The position numbers and the translations under genes were made by a program. A stretch of DNA of 46,686 nt, counting the filler, from Sphacelaria rigidula (Eukaryota): assembly GCA_964200075.2 (NCBI GenBank). It is 2 parts of 2 records of this genome, joined end to end, with 100 filler letters (N's around TTAATTAATTAA, not from the genome) between each part and the next. Parts side by side here need not be neighbours in the genome. Positions count along the whole stretch, not along the records: positions 23,396 to 46,686 come from CAXNAA020000268.1; 1 more part is not named here. One strand, 5' to 3'. Below, in pieces: positions 36,201-46,686 of the stretch. Below the pieces are notes generated by a model that was not told where the DNA came from, made no database searches, and worked only from the letters and a program-made list of their open reading frames with translations. Numbering within the stretch: the first letter of the stretch is position 1; each line of letters starts with the position of its first letter.

Positions 36201-39200
36201 TTGAAGCACACACACTACGTGCTGTCCCAACCCGCTTTGCCCCTTCCACTTCTATCCTGGTTCGTGTACGCAAGGATGCCGTGCGGCACGTGGTCCGGAT
36301 TCACCGCGTTCTAGGCCTAAAGCGAGGAAATCTCATGCTCGTAGGCGTTGGTGGATCAGGGAGGCAATCGTTGACCCGTCTGGCGGCGTACATATCCGGA
36401 CAAGAGTTATTCATGATCGAAATCACCAAGAACTACCGGCAGGTGCGCACATACCGTGGGTGATCCCCTGGTTACGCAGTAGGGGGTCTCTCGCGCATTC
36501 TTCAGCGGTGAAAACTTGGAAGCAGCTGAGCTTTTACGAACCGACCTCCATAGCGGATGAATTTGCAACCCACCCATAAAAAACGTTTACATTCTCTGCA
36601 ACACGGGAGGTTAGGGGATTTCAGTCCCCAATGTTCAAGAGCATAATGTGGTACTCTAACGAAGCAAATTTGGTGTATTTTACACGTGGTGACAAGAAGC
36701 AGGCTGGGCTTGACATTGACAGAAGAAGTGCGCTGGGTGACCTTGCTGTTGAGAAGCGCTGTTGGACAGCCCTTCCACCGCGCGGGTAGACGTTTTTCTC
36801 TCTTGAACGATCATGATGATAAATAACCTCAACCGTAAATATGACCCACTCGCTCACTAAGTAGCCCGGTGGTTGTTGTGACATCTCAACACAAGCTAAT
36901 CCCGGGGCTCGATTCACCCCCTGATCGCTCTTGGCCGGTTTCTCTTTATGCGCTATGTAGAAGAGTACACCCAGGTGACCACCACGTGGAAACGCGCTAG
37001 ACAAAACAAACATAGAAGAGCACACCCAGATGGCCACCACATGCAACCGCCCTAGGCCAGGATTAGCGCGATAAACGCTACATGCCCTACAGACAGCGTT
37101 GATTGCAAGGATTACACCCTGGGGCGAGACGGGGGGCCCGGTCTGTAGGCTTAGTAGCTTGAACGGACACCGGAATGAACGTTTGTCGAGCCAAGCGCTG
37201 ACTGAGTAGCTCAGTGGCTGTTGTGCTGTCTTAACACCCTACGCTAACCACACCGCACCAATGGCAATTTAAATCATGATGTACGTAATGCACATGGAGT
37301 CATGATATATATGCTGCCTGACCTATGAGTGCTGTGTCGCGATGTACGTCGATAATTACACGTGCCGGAGGGTATAATATGTTATATTAACATCGCAATG
37401 GGGACATTCAAACTTGTTTAGGTGGAATTTCGAGAAGATCTTAAGTCACTCTTCGAGAAGGCCGCGGTTGGAGGAAAGCCCGTCACGTTCCTCTTCAACG
37501 ACAACCAGGTTCGGGTTCGAGATGACGATTAGCTGTAGTCGTCGGGCTTATCGTTCATTGTTCTGGAAGTTTCATCGTGCTACCTCCAGTCAGACGTCGC
37601 ATCTTTCTCATTCGTGTGAGGTTTGAATTATGGGGATGATTTGGGATATGTGTGGCTGTAAGATTCGGGTGGTCATTAATAGAATGATACAGCTTGAAAG
37701 CGGTTAGGACGGAGTAGGTGGGTTTATTCCCAGCAGGTACATTTGTATGTGTTTTGTTTTCCCCAGAAGTACATGGTTTCCGTCGTTGGATACCGGAGGA
37801 CATGAGTTGCCATGAAAATTCGACCGACTGCGACGCGATACTAATCCAATCCACGGCAGCAGTATGTTAGACACGTACCTGGGGAGAGATGGGAAGATCT
37901 CTCAAGACCATGAAGTCGTCCCAACGGAGAGGAGGGGTAAAAAGTATAACGAAGAAACAAGATGGTACACGGCTTCGCCCACGCAGTCTTCCATGACCGG
38001 AATCAGTTGGTAGGTAGGAACCGAGCCAGGTTATCCTCGTCTGAATTCTCGTGTTGTTTCCGGGTTTGTTCTCGGTGCGTATTTGAGAAACTTCGAATTC
38101 TATTCCGACAGCGCCGTCGTATTCACCTGGGGGAACATAATTCGACATATTGATCAAGGATTGAAAAGGAGCGCTGCGTTGCCGATTAAGCCCACCATCG
38201 AATCACCGTCAGCACCGCCCTCTGTGATGACGAGCATCGCGACCGTTCGAACACGCAGATCAAGGAGGAGTGCTTCCTGGAAGATGTGAACAATCTACTC
38301 CAGTCCGGCGAAGTGCCCAACCTGTACGGCAGGGACGAGATCCCGCAAGTGCTGGATGGTGTTCGAAAGGCGGCGAAGCAAGCGTTAGTGGAAGAAACAA
38401 CAGAGGCGCTGTGGGCATTCTTCGTGGACAGGTGAAGAAATCACGCGGGAGGGGTTCCATTCAAACTAGTCGTAGTAATAGAGAGACACTGTAGTAGCAC
38501 ATGATAGGCTGAATAGTATTCAGTAGGGAGAGGACGTGAGACTCTGTTCCAGGCCGAATCGCGGCAGCCTCTCTCCGAAACACTTGTTGAACGAGAAAGC
38601 AAAAACGCAAAACGCTTCCAAGGCCTGCCAAAATCAGGATTGGTGTATAAACTACCGAGATTTGTTTTTATCAAATGACCTAGGGCTTGCCGTTGACTCG
38701 AGGTTTCTCCGGGATTCCAATTAAGCGGACGAGAAATAATATATGCCTCAAAACTTTTCAAAGCTAACTCTGTACGCTTGGTGGATCTCTTCTGGTACTC
38801 GGAGCTCGACAAAGCACAGTGGGACTTACCGGAAACAACGCATGTATGCACACTCATTTTCAATTTCCTTCCACCAACCCAATGTTCGTCCTCTTCGCTC
38901 CCCACTCTCTTTGATCCCACCATTGCCTTTTCTCTCATTCCTTCCGAAAGGGTCCGCGAAAATCTGCACGTGGTCCTGTGCATGTCACCGATTGGCGAGA
39001 GCTTCCGAAACCGTACCCGCATGTACCCGGGCCTGGTGAACTGTACGACGATCGACTGGTTCCAGCAGTGGCCCGCAGACGCCCTGGTCGAGGTTGCCAC
39101 CAAATTCATACAGGACATTCAGGTTGGCCCCATCATGATGCACGGGTACCGCACTCATGCCGAAATAAAGATGACGAAGAGGAGCCACATTAGTCCACGC

Positions 39201-42200
39201 CTGCGGACTGGTGTAAAAAAACAGGATCATTTTGAAGAGTTTTGTTGGGCCAATCATTCGAAAGCTCCCGGAGTCGACGTGCACCTGTGATGATTACTAC
39301 CCGTATGACCATGCATGAGCGTGAATGTATAGCTGCTGGTATTCATACATGTGTGTGTATATGTATATATATAAGTCATCTGCTAACAACCCTCCCATGG
39401 CACGTTATGGGCGTTGGATTCGCTTGAACAGAGAGTGCCTGATGACAGCGCAAAGGTATATGCGATTACGCTGAGCCAGCCGGGTTTATGCGTACGCCAT
39501 CGAGTGCTTGTGCCCGATGCACATTCGGGAGTGTTGTCGAGCATCTGATGTACACGTTTCAGGAAATAAGCACATTCGTCTTTCAAGATATGAAGACACC
39601 TTGTTCCGTCAAAGGTTCGAGTTCCTCATGCCAAACGTCACAAAAATAATATCGATACCACCGCGAAATACTGCGCGTACACGGGACTAAAGGGGAAAAT
39701 CGATTCTCGCAAATTTCTCATCACGGTCATCGTCTTAGAAACGCACAATATCGGAATCTGGCCTTCCGGCGTAGCACCTCCCCGTGTTTCTGTTCTTGGC
39801 GAAACAAAAACCGTCGATGCTCTGTCTCTTTTGCCGATTCATCCTTGGCCGTTTTGTTTTTCAGCAACCGATCAAGTCACAGGTACACCGTTCAACGGAT
39901 AAATGTTATTTCATGATTGCGCTCCCCTGTGCCGGTACTCGCCGCTCTCCTGCCCTGGCATGTGTCTTCAGATGGATGACGAGTCTTACCGTGTGAAGGT
40001 TGCAGCGGTGTTTTCGTCCATGCATACCTCGGTGGTTGTAGCGAGCGATCGCATGCTGGCAGAGCTGAAGCGCTACAACTACGTCACGCCCACCAATTTC
40101 CTCGAGTTGGTCAAAGTGAGCTGTGCTTCATGAAACTTGAAAATTAGTCGCGTTTTGTTCGTTTCGTTCTCGGTCTGCAGCAGCCCTTTCGTGATGTACC
40201 ATATACAGTACCAAGCTGGGCAAAATGAAGAAGTTCGGCGTAACATGCTCTTTTTTTCGCAGCCGTCATTCGGATTTACGCAAGCTTTGAGTTCGATGTA
40301 TGAGGAGCTAGCGGTGGCGATGAGCGAAATGCACGTGATACTGGTTTCCGGATTGTTTTAACAGGCGATCTGCGGTGATCTAGTATCATCAGGTAAATGA
40401 TTAGTACGGCATGCACCACTCTTACGTAGCTTTTGGTCAAGATGCGTACGGTTTGCGTCCGATGGTGTTCCATACCGAAATAGTTTACGCGTGCACAAAT
40501 GTCATCCGACAAGCGTTGGTCATCGGCATCGGATGTTCTACTATGTTCATTGATTCATTTCATTTATTGATTTGTCGCGCTTTGAGAACCACTCCTCTTC
40601 CTCGTGACGATTCAGGTGATCTCAAGGGATTGACCCGTCGCTCCACATTACACGCCTTACATTTTGGTCTTGCGGATTGGGTTATGACTATCAGCACTCC
40701 CGCACCGCGTCAACGCTCGTGAAAGAAAATGAGTTGACCACTTTTTGTGCAGTCACGTGCTCACGCTTTCGATCGTGGAAATCATATACTCCGAAGAGAA
40801 ACTCAACACATTGGTTTGATACTCCACAATAAGCTAGCTGAACACATCCGAAAACTGCTGGCTTCATGATACACCTCGCAATATTCTTCGACCTTCGTCT
40901 TCATCAGGATCTGGTTTCCGTTCTGGTTTCCGTTCAGCTGTAGTCACGTTACACATGCATCTTACATCCTGAGTCTCCTCGGCCCATCACTCCAGGCGTG
41001 CCGTCTTAAAATGGTCAATAGACGGGAGGTCACAGCACCTGCTTTTTCTGAAATCATCTCTGTGGATGGTATTCAAAACGTGAAATACTTGCAAGAGCTC
41101 GTTCCCACGCGTACATCGCTATACTTAACCCTTATGCGTGGAACCCGCGCAAAGGGATATCGACTAATATTGGCGGAGCGGCGGGGAACGTTATCGGAGC
41201 AGTGCAATAAACTCAGGAACGGGCTCACCAAGCTGGAGGAAGCTAGAGAGCAGGTTAGACCCGTCAATATAGCACGAGGGCTGAAATTAAGTAGCACGTT
41301 TCAATATTCTACATCTGCCAGCTCCTGAGAACCAAACGTTCTGTGGGAAGTCGAAACGAGCACCGCTATTAAGACACTCGAATGGAAGACTGTGGAAGTT
41401 ATACGTGAGCGTCGAACGCATGCTATCGATCCTCGTTGGCTGCGTATTTACAGAAGGACAACGGAAAACAAAACACGACATCAACTTTGCTCTGAGTACT
41501 TTGGAAGCGACGACCGCCAGAGTCCTCGATCCAGCGGATAGGGTTGCAGTGTGAATTCCACCACTGCGCCAACAGGACTCAATCAATGAGAGAAAATCCC
41601 TGCCGAAGATCAAACGTCTTGCTCAGAGATGCCCGGTCGTTTGTCCGCTTAGCTGCAAAGAAGAGCTTTTTTTTCGGGTTACGTACGCTAGACTGTAGAC
41701 CACCGTATTGAACTGCCTGAAAGTTCTCTGTCGAGCCATCGTATGATGCAAGTACCTAGCGGGTCTGAGCGGCGCCATCGTTACAAAACATGTGTCCCTG
41801 CTAGGTGGAGACCATGTCCATTGAACTTGAGGAGAAGAAAGTCACAGTCGCTCAAGCCCAGAAGGACTGCGAGGAGTTGCTCGTGGAGATCGTGTCGGAG
41901 AGGCGGGTTGCCGATGAGCAGAAGAAACAGGTATATATCTGAAAAAAACGAGCGATGTATCATCTGATTGGTCGTATATTGATGTTGTCGCACATCAACA
42001 TCGTTTGATCCACTTCGAATGCGGCCCTTGCGATAATAATTATACGTAGTCTTGATTGCAGTCAGAAATAGCGAGCTACTGTAGGGTACGAGGTATAGTT
42101 CGAGCTATAGGGAAGGAGAATCCGAAAATGACCTAATCGTGAACCGACTCGAGAACAAAAGACAGTAACGTGTAGTTCATCGGTTGGGTGACACTCTCAG

Positions 42201-45200
42201 CGCAGGTTTCAGAGCAAGGGCGCTGCCTGAGCTAGTTTGTCGAGATCGACGAATTCCTCACAAAAGAGCAATTCCTTCCACCCCCGAAAATACGGAAACA
42301 ACGAAGTTTTATATTCGACATAAGGATAGCAGCGGGAGTTTCGCCTCATTTCCCGTTTTTTCCACAGTTCGCGAAAGTATCGAGCGAACGTGCGCATTGC
42401 ATTTTGCCCCCCGGAGTGGGAATCGCTGGGTGCCTCGTGGTGACCATAGGAACGCTGCCAAAAAACAACGAGCTCTGATAGCGTTGCTAGGGTTGTTTCA
42501 GGAGCTTTTGCGATGCCTCAGATGTGCTCGATATCCCCGTGCTTTGACCTTGGCCAGAACTGTCGTCAATATCTCTCAGTCATATACAGTGTCCAGTGCA
42601 TCACCTGAATAGTGCGGTCGTCGGGGGAAAATGCAATGTTCTAGGGCACTACGCTGTCGGGGTCATATATTCATTAAATCTCTTCTTTCAAAGTTGCTCA
42701 TTGTGGTGTATATCGTGCACATATTCAACTGTGCATAGTTCTTCAAGGTAGGGCAAGCAAGGACCGGAGATAAGATAGGTAAATATATGGTACTTACATA
42801 CATGGTGCAGTGTTTTTCGAGAACATAGGTCGCGCTTGTCAAGATAAGATTGCACGTTGTCGTACTTGTCTGCCAAAACGCTGCCAATTTTCCCACGTAG
42901 GACGCGCACTTACAATCAATTTTCCTTATGGATACACTGAGATTTCTGCGCTTCCCCACGTCGATATTCTCACCTATCCATTCTTCGCATGGCAGGTCGA
43001 GCAAGAATCGGAGAGGATCGGTAAAGACGCGGTGGAATGTCAAGTCATCGCAGACGATGCGCAGGCCGATTTGGCCGTGGCCATGCCTGCGCTAGAAAAA
43101 GCCATGGCTGAGGTTGACAAGCTCGACAAAACCTCCATCACAGAGGTGAATTCGTCGCTGCAACCTGTTCGGACTCAGCATGACTCATGCCAAAGTTTTT
43201 CCCATTCAGCAATGAGTGGCTTGAGTCTGGAACTTCTCGCTCAAGGAAATTAATCGGGATGCCGCCACAGGAAAGCTCTTGCCTTTGCCTCAATCGGCAA
43301 GCCGAAACACTACATTGACCGTCAGAGACCCTATCAATCGATTTGGTGGTGCTGCGCTCTAGTGTCTGCTGAGTATAGGATGTTCATGTGCTCTCGCCGC
43401 GAGATGAGAGCTTCGTCGCTTTTCAAAACTGAAACACTGCCATAGAGAAGGTCATCGTGGTGGTTGCGAAGCTCGACAAATCTCCCTCATTGAGGTGCAC
43501 AGAGTTGATTCTAGGGAGAAGTAATCTTTTCATCTGACCCTTACGTCGAGATAAGAAAGTCGACGTTTAAGGGTAAGGCCGACTCCTAGCATTGAAGTTT
43601 CGAGGTACAGTACATGCATACGCAATCAGCAACGAACATTTTCTCACTTTCTTGTGTTACAGGAAGCAGCAAGGATCTTGGCAGTGGAAGTGTTCCCAAA
43701 AATCTGCAAAATCTACAAAATTGCATACTTGAAGAAATGCACTTTCCGAAGGTCTCCCGAGCGATGATATTCACGGCACGACTTCTACTATTGACTTCAT
43801 GCATCGATAGATCGGCACAGGCAGTGCTACAAATGTTCCGAAATCTGATATTCATGTATCACTTGTGCGCACAGCGATGCCCACAAACGGAGCTAGCTCT
43901 GAACGATGGCGTGATCTCTTCTGAATTATCTTCTCTCCATATTTCCTGGTTTTCTCTTAATGTTTTAAATTTGAATTACAATTTAACTTCCTATTTATTT
44001 TCCGATCCTCGTGTTGGGCCTGTGATGGGTTGAGTATGAAGCTGGCGCAGATGAAAGAAGAAACGCTCACACTACAAAGAAAGTGAACGTCGTCGGAGGA
44101 GTTGGGCATTGCTCTCAAAAACTAGACGGAACGGCAAAAAATGCAGGAATTGGGAAAGTTGAAAAACACAGACCGATTAGACACTTTTACACAGGGCTGT
44201 GTGCACCACCGGTGAATGCTCACGCATCACCCACTTTTTTGTTCGACGACCCGAAAAACACGCAGGTTAAGGCGTACTCAAAACCACCCCCTCTCGTGGA
44301 GACTGTACTTGCGGCTGTAATGACACTTATGGGACGTTCGCCGGATTGGGCCACCGCGAAGAAAGCTATGGGCGAGGGGAATTTCCTGGGACAGGTACGC
44401 TAGGGCTCCGTGCTTTCACTTCTTAGCATATTGCCCCCCCATAAAAAAAACTCCAACCGGAAGGGCCAGATGTAGAGGGAGGCATGCATGTTGGGGGGAG
44501 TGCGTTGGGCTATCACGAGGAGTGTTGGTAACGGCAGTATCCATCGTGTGTCGCATATTCCGAAGTGTGGCGCCTTAGCAGGCCGCGGAGTGTAAGCGAG
44601 TTGTGGGCTTGAAGCCAACACGTTACCTATGTCTGTAGTTGTTACGTACTTGGAGAGTTTAGTGCATATTGTGAAATTTTATACATGATGCGCTTCCTGT
44701 ACAAAATACAAAGGTTGATCGAAGCTGACAAATCGCACCATTCCGCACGCCATACATAACAAACTCAAACCACGAGATGTGGGCTGTTTACCATTCATCG
44801 CCTCCTCTCGACACACAACGTCAACATCGCTTCGATCACATACAGATCAAGACCTTCAACAAGGATAACGTGTCGAACTCGCTGATGACCAAGGTCAAGA
44901 AGTACGTCAACAACCCCGACTTTTCGTCTGATAACGTGTCGAAGGTAAGCAACCTTTCACTACCATGGCGGCATCGTGTGCCGAATAAGGCGATATAGTG
45001 TGGATCACAACACTGCAAAACTCAGACGCGGTGTATGGATTCACGTGGATCAGTCAGCAGGGGCATGTCAATGTAAACAGTGACCGCATACAACTTTGGA
45101 TTATTTAGTATGGCCACGTGTCGGCCACAACAGATGCTGTGGATTTAATCACCAGTATGACCATTTTATGTTGCCTGTGTCACATTGCCGAGTGTTGAAA

Positions 45201-46337
45201 TTCAGGTACTCAAGTATATGTTCGAGGCAGGCCGTATACTCGGTGTAACCCGGTGAAAACAAAATCCAGGTTTCTTGGCAACCCTTATTCTACCAGCGTG
45301 TATCTGTACGGTATTGCGAATTCTTCATTGATCCCTTCCCCAGGTGTCTTCTGCAGCCGCGGCGCTGTGCGTATGGGTGCATGCGATCTACTTGTACTCC
45401 AATGTGGCGAAGGATGTGGCGCCTAAGAGAGCTCGCCTGAAGGAAGCACAGGTGAAAATGCTAGATCAGCTCATTATTTATCCATTCCACGAAAGATTGC
45501 CCGCTGTTGACGATTAATTAGAGAAGCTTTTGAATATGTGCGGTTTGGGCACTGACGCATTCTTCGTCTTCTCCATACGTCTAGATTATCCTCTTGCTTG
45601 GCTTGACGCGTGTAGTGTATTTTGGATTCGTATCGTTGCTGTAATAGGTTGAACTCGAGGACACACAGCTTCGGACAAACAAAGGCTGCCTCAGTCGCGT
45701 CCAGCTAGCTGCTTGGAAGTATCTGCCAACCGCCGATCCTCTTAGAGTCCTACATTTATTCAAAGTATTTGCGTTCGATGACGCAATATACACTCCACTT
45801 ATCATCAAGGATCTTCTCTCCATGCGTCGCTTCTTCACCGCACACAGGAAACGCTTGCCCAGAAGCAAGCGGGACTCAAGGCAGCGCAAGAGCAGCTGGC
45901 TGAGGTCATCGCCAAGGTGTGGTGGTGCAAAACGATCCCCTTGTCTGTGCTGTCCTTTTCGGGCAAGTCACTTTCCTGGAGTGGGGTGTATGCCATCGAA
46001 AGATGAAATGTTGCTGCCAATCAATATGTCGCTACCCCCACGCGAGAGGTCGGTGGAGAAGATCCAAATATCTGTATATTCTCAGACTCCTGTCATGCTT
46101 GACAACGTGGATTCCATGAGGCATTGCATGAAGTGTCAGTTGGACGGCTAGTGTTTCTTGATCGAAGCGACGGGCATAGATGAGATATCGAAGCCGAGAA
46201 TCTCCTGAATAAACTGACGACTTCCTGGTATCTCTTCGGTGATGCAACGACACGTGAAGGTGGAATTACTGAAGAACCGTTACGACGAATCTGTGGGCCA
46301 GAAGAATGCTCTCATGGAGGAGTCTCAGATGCTTCAG
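24235..46337 (+). CDS. DNAH2: Axonemal dynein heavy chain, DNAH2/inner-arm I1(f)-beta-like; partial gene of 26 exons, open at both ends
   Basis: I spliced 26 exons by hand with phase-compatible AG/GT(GC) junctions into one stop-free frame of 3297 nt. Dynein motifs include [30 protein letters not shown] (AAA2), GSSGAGKT and IFLDDFNMP (AAA3), FLPTP.KSHYLFN.RD, GVGGSGRQSLTRLA (AAA4), NLHVVLCMSPIG..FRNR.RMYPGLVNCTTIDWF and the stalk/MTBD. The DNAH2 subtype is recalled similarity (WMDYG.WYDR, VIRIF..IL..KL.EF..EIKP), not a database result. Confidence 0.93.
25002..25114 (+). CDS. DNAH2: Dynein HC exon 2 (end of AAA2); GC donor
   Basis: cag|GTT...AAG AG|gcgagt; [37 protein letters not shown]. Confidence 0.9.
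25823..25999 (+). CDS. DNAH2: Dynein HC exon 3
   Basis: cag|G TTC...GTT AG|gtgaga; FEHDEEHLTFHKTLFAKYVEG...NAVQSLCTLYDAF. Confidence 0.88.
26303..26383 (+). pseudogene. tRNA-Ser-like pseudogene or SINE head in a dynein intron
   Basis: A-box GTGTCCGAGTGGT, anticodon arm ATGGA-TTTGGAA-CCCGT (mispaired), long variable region, T-arm GGGGTTCAAACCCC, 3' acceptor strand CGTCGACG. The 5' strand ATCAAAG is degraded. 81 nt, the length of a class II tRNA. Confidence 0.6.
27783..27918 (+). CDS. DNAH2: Dynein HC exon 4
   Basis: cag|T GGC...GAG|gtaccg; GLEKDAEGYLGLVEKWFVFSMVWSVMAAADEAGRAKLDAFLRDVE. Confidence 0.9.
28661..28807 (+). CDS. DNAH2: Dynein HC exon 5
   Basis: cag|CCT...ACG|gtatgt; PQFPPSATVYDYYVD...PFHKMIVPTVDT. 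Confidence 0.93.
29357..29533 (+). CDS. DNAH2: Dynein HC exon 6 (AAA3 Walker A)
   Basis: cag|GTT...CAG|gtaggc; ALVVGSSGAGKT...MNFSATT. Confidence 0.95.
29817..29881. repeat. Dispersed repeat, copy 4 (in a dynein intron, G-tract flanked)
   Basis: Colinear with 79-143; G-runs on both sides, followed by a (TA)n(CA)n microsatellite. Confidence 0.8.
30275..30447 (+). CDS. DNAH2: Dynein HC exon 7 (AAA3 Walker B)
   Basis: cag|GGC...GGC TG|gtgaga; FGPLGGKQLVIFLDDFNMP...QPPLELLRFWMDYGG. Confidence 0.95.
31147..31297 (+). CDS. DNAH2: Dynein HC exon 8 (AAA3)
   Basis: aag|G TAT...CAG|gtaggg; YDRSKCSWRYILDTQLICAMAPPGGARAVISSR. Confidence 0.93.
32064..32162 (+). CDS. DNAH2: Dynein HC exon 9
   Basis: cag|GTC...AGG|gtaagc; VIRIFDSILSPKLAEFDGEIKPLAAHIAQATLR. 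Confidence 0.92.
32793..32894 (+). CDS. DNAH2: Dynein HC exon 10 (AAA3 lid)
   Basis: cag|GTG...CAG|gtaatc; VYQASVETFLPTPIKSHYLFNMRDVAKVIEGVMQ. Confidence 0.95.
33604..33726 (+). CDS. DNAH2: Dynein HC exon 11
   Basis: tag|GCC...GAG|gtaaca; AIRLWAHECQRVFSDRF. Confidence 0.93.
34607..34731 (+). CDS. DNAH2: Dynein HC exon 12
   Basis: tag|GTA...CCG AG|gtacta; VLNMQLKSTFGTAWSELF...; phase matches the next exon. Confidence 0.82.
35491..35599 (+). CDS. DNAH2: Dynein HC exon 13
   Basis: cag|C TAT...AAG|gtatcc; YEEQLSLAKLRQTLEERLEDYNMEPKLVSMQLVLFK. Confidence 0.92.
36275..36442 (+). CDS. DNAH2: Dynein HC exon 14 (AAA4 Walker A)
   Basis: aag|GAT...CAG|gtgcgc; DAVRHVVRIHRVL...GNLMLVGVGGSGRQSLTRLAAY. 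Confidence 0.95.
37422..37508 (+). CDS. DNAH2: Dynein HC exon 15 (AAA4)
   Basis: tag|GTG...CAG|gttcgg; VEFREDLKSLFEKAAVGGKPVTFLFNDNQ. Confidence 0.94.
38259..38431 (+). CDS. DNAH2: Dynein HC exon 16 (AAA4)
   Basis: cag|ATC...GAC AG|gtgaag; IKEECFLEDVNNLLQSGEVPNLY. Confidence 0.95.
38951..39122 (+). CDS. DNAH2: Dynein HC exon 17 (AAA4)
   Basis: aag|G GTC...CAG|gttggc; VRENLHVVLCMSPIGESFRNRTRMYPGLVNCTTIDWF. Confidence 0.95.
39972..40115 (+). CDS. DNAH2: Dynein HC exon 18
   Basis: cag|ATG...AAA|gtgagc; ...ELKRYNYVTPTNFLELVK. Confidence 0.93.
41155..41253 (+). CDS. DNAH2: Dynein HC exon 19 (start of stalk CC1)
   Basis: aag|GGA...CAG|gttaga; GYRLILAERR...KLRNGLTKLEEAREQ. Confidence 0.92.
41805..41930 (+). 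CDS. DNAH2: Dynein HC exon 20 (stalk CC1)
   Basis: tag|GTG...CAG|gtatat; VETMSIELEEKKVTVAQAQKDCEELLVEIV. Confidence 0.93.
42996..43145 (+). CDS. DNAH2: Dynein HC exon 21 (CC1/MTBD)
   Basis: cag|GTC...GAG|gtgaat; DAQADLAVAMPALEKAMAEVDKLDKTSITE. Confidence 0.94.
44266..44394 (+). CDS. DNAH2: Dynein HC exon 22 (MTBD)
   Basis: cag|GTT...CAG|gtacgc; VKAYSKPPPLVETVLAAVMTL...WATAKK. Confidence 0.94.
44846..44944 (+). CDS. DNAH2: Dynein HC exon 23 (MTBD)
   Basis: cag|ATC...AAG|gtaagc; IKTFNKDNVSNSLMTKVKKYVNNPDF. Confidence 0.93.
45344..45451 (+). CDS. DNAH2: Dynein HC exon 24 (MTBD/CC2)
   Basis: cag|GTG...CAG|gtgaaa; VSSAAAALCVWVHAIYLYSNVAKDVAPKRARLKEAQ. Confidence 0.94.
45848..45916 (+). CDS. 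DNAH2: Dynein HC exon 25 (CC2)
   Basis: cag|GAA...AAG|gtgtgg; ETLAQKQAGLKAAQEQLAEVIAK. Confidence 0.9.
46260..46337 (+). CDS. DNAH2: Dynein HC exon 26 (CC2); gene continues beyond the window
   Basis: aag|GTG...CAG|gtgatg; VELLKNRYDESVGQKNALMEESQMLQ. Confidence 0.88.
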
Positions 46338-46686
46338 GTGATGTTTCAAGCCCCTTCGCATACCGGTATCCTACGGATACGGAGCACGTCTGACCGAGTA
46401 TTCTACTAGAACGGACCGCAGCGTACAACATCGCATGCTTTCCGCGAGAGCGATATCACGCTCTTCGTTTTCGAGACGATGTGCTCAAGGCTTTCTCGAA
46501 TCACCCCCACCAGGGGCCCATCTTGTTGCTTGCATATAATCGTAACACGTTATATGTCTCGGATGCGGTGCCTGAGTACGGTAGATTATACCTAGTAAAA
46601 AGACGACGTTCTTCCGCGACGAATGCATGTGTTACTGGGATTATCGAGTGGCGTGCAACTACTACAGTACCCATCAGCAGATCGCG

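Noticed and set aside
36346..36372. Arg instead of Lys in the AAA4 Walker A (GVGGSGRQS)
   Set aside because: This is a common state in inner-arm axonemal dyneins, not a lesion.
38441..39118. 225-aa minus-strand ORF
   Set aside because: Antisense to dynein exon 17 plus intron sequence; no independent coding features.

Overview
This is eukaryotic, intron-rich genomic DNA. Exons of about 130 bp, introns of about 750 bp and the flagellar dynein suggest a brown alga such as Ectocarpus (inference). An artificial 100-bp assembly linker (N44-TTAATTAATTAA-N44, 23296-23395) splits the window. Right of it are 26 in-frame exons (3297 nt, 1099 codons, 24235-46337, + strand) of an axonemal dynein heavy chain, most similar to inner-arm I1/f beta (DNAH2-like). 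They cover the end of AAA2, AAA3, AAA4 and the stalk/microtubule-binding domain. The gene is open at both ends and has one GC-AG intron and five AAG acceptors. Left of the linker are a minus-strand gene of unknown function (exons 3396-3640 and 1832-3056, probably more near 13.2-13.9 kb) and a dense field of transposon remnants. These include a 1343-bp non-autonomous element with 18-bp TIRs, an exact 8-bp TSD, TAGCTCA hairpin arrays and a nested 107-bp perfect-TIR hairpin; a 424-bp fold-back MITE; a PIF/Harbinger transposase pseudogene; and a tRNA-headed SINE-like element. Further tRNA-derived relics lie in dynein introns, and a short structured repeat with G-rich flanks occurs four times across the window. 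Most ORFs in the six-frame track are spurious.
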